Below, in pieces: positions 56,308-64,000 of a stretch of 64,000 nucleotides of DNA. The notes under the pieces were generated by a model. It was not told the origin of the DNA, did no database searches, and saw only the letters and a list, made by a program, of their open reading frames with translations. This stretch comes from the human T2T-CHM13v2.0 reference genome, Homo sapiens. The stretch lies in assembly GCF_009914755.1 (NCBI RefSeq), contig NC_060947.1. The stretch is one strand, 5' to 3'. The translations under genes were made by a program, and so were the position numbers. Position 1 is the stretch's first letter; the number at the start of each line of letters is the position of its first letter.

Positions 56308-58101
56308 TTAAAAATAATCAAGAGTATAAAATTATGTATTCTCTGTGAACTCAACTACATAAATAGTTTTCCTCATAGGCACAATTCTTGACTAAGAAAA
56401 TGCCATGCTGTGCTAAAAAGCTCATATTTCTATCTTTGCTGAGCAAATAACAAGTTTGGATAATTTTTTTTCAGAACTTACTACTATATTTTGTATCAAG
56501 AACATTAAACATCAATATCCATTAGGAAAATGAAGCAGAACATAGAGTGTAGTATGAAGATACTTGTAGACAATATCCTACTTTAAATGATTTTGTCGGT
56601 AGTTTAAGCATGTACCTTTGATATTTGTCTCAAATATTTATCTACATGTTCTAGTTGTATGATAGATATTAGTTTGGTATAGAGCTTAGTAGAAAGCCTT
56701 ACCCTTAGTAAATGTTCAAAAAAAATCTTGTTAATGGAGATTAAGGCACTAGAACTGTAAGTAGTAAAAGTCTTAAAACCGACCCCAATATCTCGGATGC
56801 CACAGGAAAAATAAAGTTATACTTTGAAACAATTTTGAAATTATTAACAATTTTAAATTATTTAAAATATTTTTTGAAAATGAGAACACTGTTTTATAAA
56901 AGCCAAAAGCCAGACAAATGGTAGTCAAATTTATGGACCATTAAAGGGAAAAATATTACGTGATGAGTAAAAGATCCTCCTGAAATATGCCTTATTATTT
57001 ATGTACTGCAGTGGACAGGAAATTGCAGGTGAAGAGTAGCAATAAACATACAAAGTGCATTAGTTTATGTCTCTAAGTTTAAGGAGGCAGTGGTCATGTG
57101 GCCAAATGCCATTAGAATTTGGCACAAAAGCCAGATAAGTAAATGAAATTCATCTGGCAGAGACAAAAATGGCACAGAATTTTTAGTGGAGAAAGGTTTT
57201 CTTGTTTACTATGCATTTTAGGAGAAACATAAATAAGTAGACCAAAAGAAATTGATAGCCTCAGACAAAATTTTATCAGCAGTGTTTATGAGGGTGAGTT
57301 ATAGGAGATAAAGACTTAGTAGTCAGCATTTGGACCATAGAGCATAATACTAGTAAACAGAATCCTGCAAAGAACAGTGAGTGTGGTCTTTTATTTATAA
57401 ATCACAGACTTCACTTCTCATTCCTTTTAAAATTTATGTTATCTTTGTTTTCTTTTCTACCTGCCTGATCTCAACCCATTGAAGATTACAAGTAGCAAAA
57501 GATGTTACAAATGTTTATTCCATCTTCAATCATTGTTCGCATGTGTTATTATCAAAATAAATCTTTTTCTACTTTAATAACAAATTTAGACTCATCAATA
57601 TCTGCAAATTACAGAAAGTAGTTTATTTTTACTTCCTTACATGCTAACTCACAGAGTTTGGTGAAAGCATATGAAACAACATGACTGTAAGATTTACAGA
57701 AGACCTATATTTGAGTTAGCAAGCTGTGTAACACTGTATGACTTGATTAAAATCCTGAATCTCAGTTTCCTAGTTTGTACAATGTCACATAAGAATTCTG
57801 AGACTAGTTGGTGGGAAGGATAAGATAAAATGTGGGTGACACATTTTGTTAATGGTAAAGTACTATACAAAACATTTGCTGTTGTTGTGTGTAGGTCTCT
57901 TGTGATAAACAAGTGAAGCACTCTCTTATTGAAAAAAAGTATTTTTAATGGGCATCATGCTGATGGCAGCAAAATGGTGCCATCTTCATATGTCTTAAGA
58001 AACACATGGCCATCAGTTATAATCTGCATTTCCTTTGCCTTAGAATATTTTATAGTTTCCTGTTTAATAGATAATTATTCGTATTGTATATTTATCTAAT
58101 C

Positions 58102-58297
58102 CATGGTTCTGCAAACATTTTCTGTAAAGCAAATACTTTAGGCTTTGTGGGACATACAGTTTGTCACAACCACTCAACTGGCAGCGACAGGCAATAAGCA
58201 AATTAATGGGTGTAGCTATGATACACAGTATCTTTATTCACAGAAATAGGTCACTGGCCAGATTTGGCCTATAGGCCTTAGTTAATTAACCATCACC
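58102..58297. mobile_element. MER58A DNA transposon
   Basis: gcaaacattttctgtaaag...ttaggctttgtggg...ggccagatttggcctataggcc. Confidence 0.75.
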
Positions 58298-58577
58298 TAT
58301 TCTACTGATGTTAAGTCTTTAAAGAGATATGAATATTACCATCGCCATGAAGATGCTGAGAGTATGGTTCCATTTGAAAATGTTTTGTTGCTCATCAACA
58401 TATCCTATCCTATTATGCCAAGACTCCAGGAGAAGATATAGTTACTTGGAAAGATTGATGACACTAAATGAACACACATTGATGGCATATGTCTTCCTAG
58501 CAGGATGCATTAATATTTTTTATAATTGTCTCAGGGTGCTTCAAGGACATCTCAAAAGGACATCAACAGACATAAAC

Positions 58578-64000
<5,423 letters not shown>

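Noticed and set aside
57222-57293. Well-formed 72-bp + strand exon (ttttAG...AGG|GTGAGT)
   Set aside because: Isolated, contains a stop, and lies inside a gene B intron with no partner exons; may be chance or a lncRNA exon.

Overview
Primate (human/ape-like: AluY, THE1, L1PA present) AT-rich genomic DNA that is mostly interspersed repeats: a near-full-length L1PB splitting an ERV1-class gag-pol remnant, a full LTR-int-LTR THE1, solo MaLR/ERVL LTRs, L1PA/L1MA/L1M, L2, MIR, MER and nine Alus. It also holds a full-length cytochrome c processed pseudogene with ancestral-type residues. No intact protein-coding gene is supported, and most ORF-track entries are repeat-derived. The main observation lies in the non-repeat islands, which read as chains of splice-site-bounded, largely phase-compatible, stop- and frameshift-damaged exons. 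They suggest two convergent, long-dead multi-exon genes: gene A on + (about 10.1-45.3 kb) and gene B on - (about 58.6-46.9 kb). Both have transposons inserted inside exons, and I do not recognise either protein. The exon models were built by eye and need homology searches; repeat subfamily names come from remembered consensus sequences.
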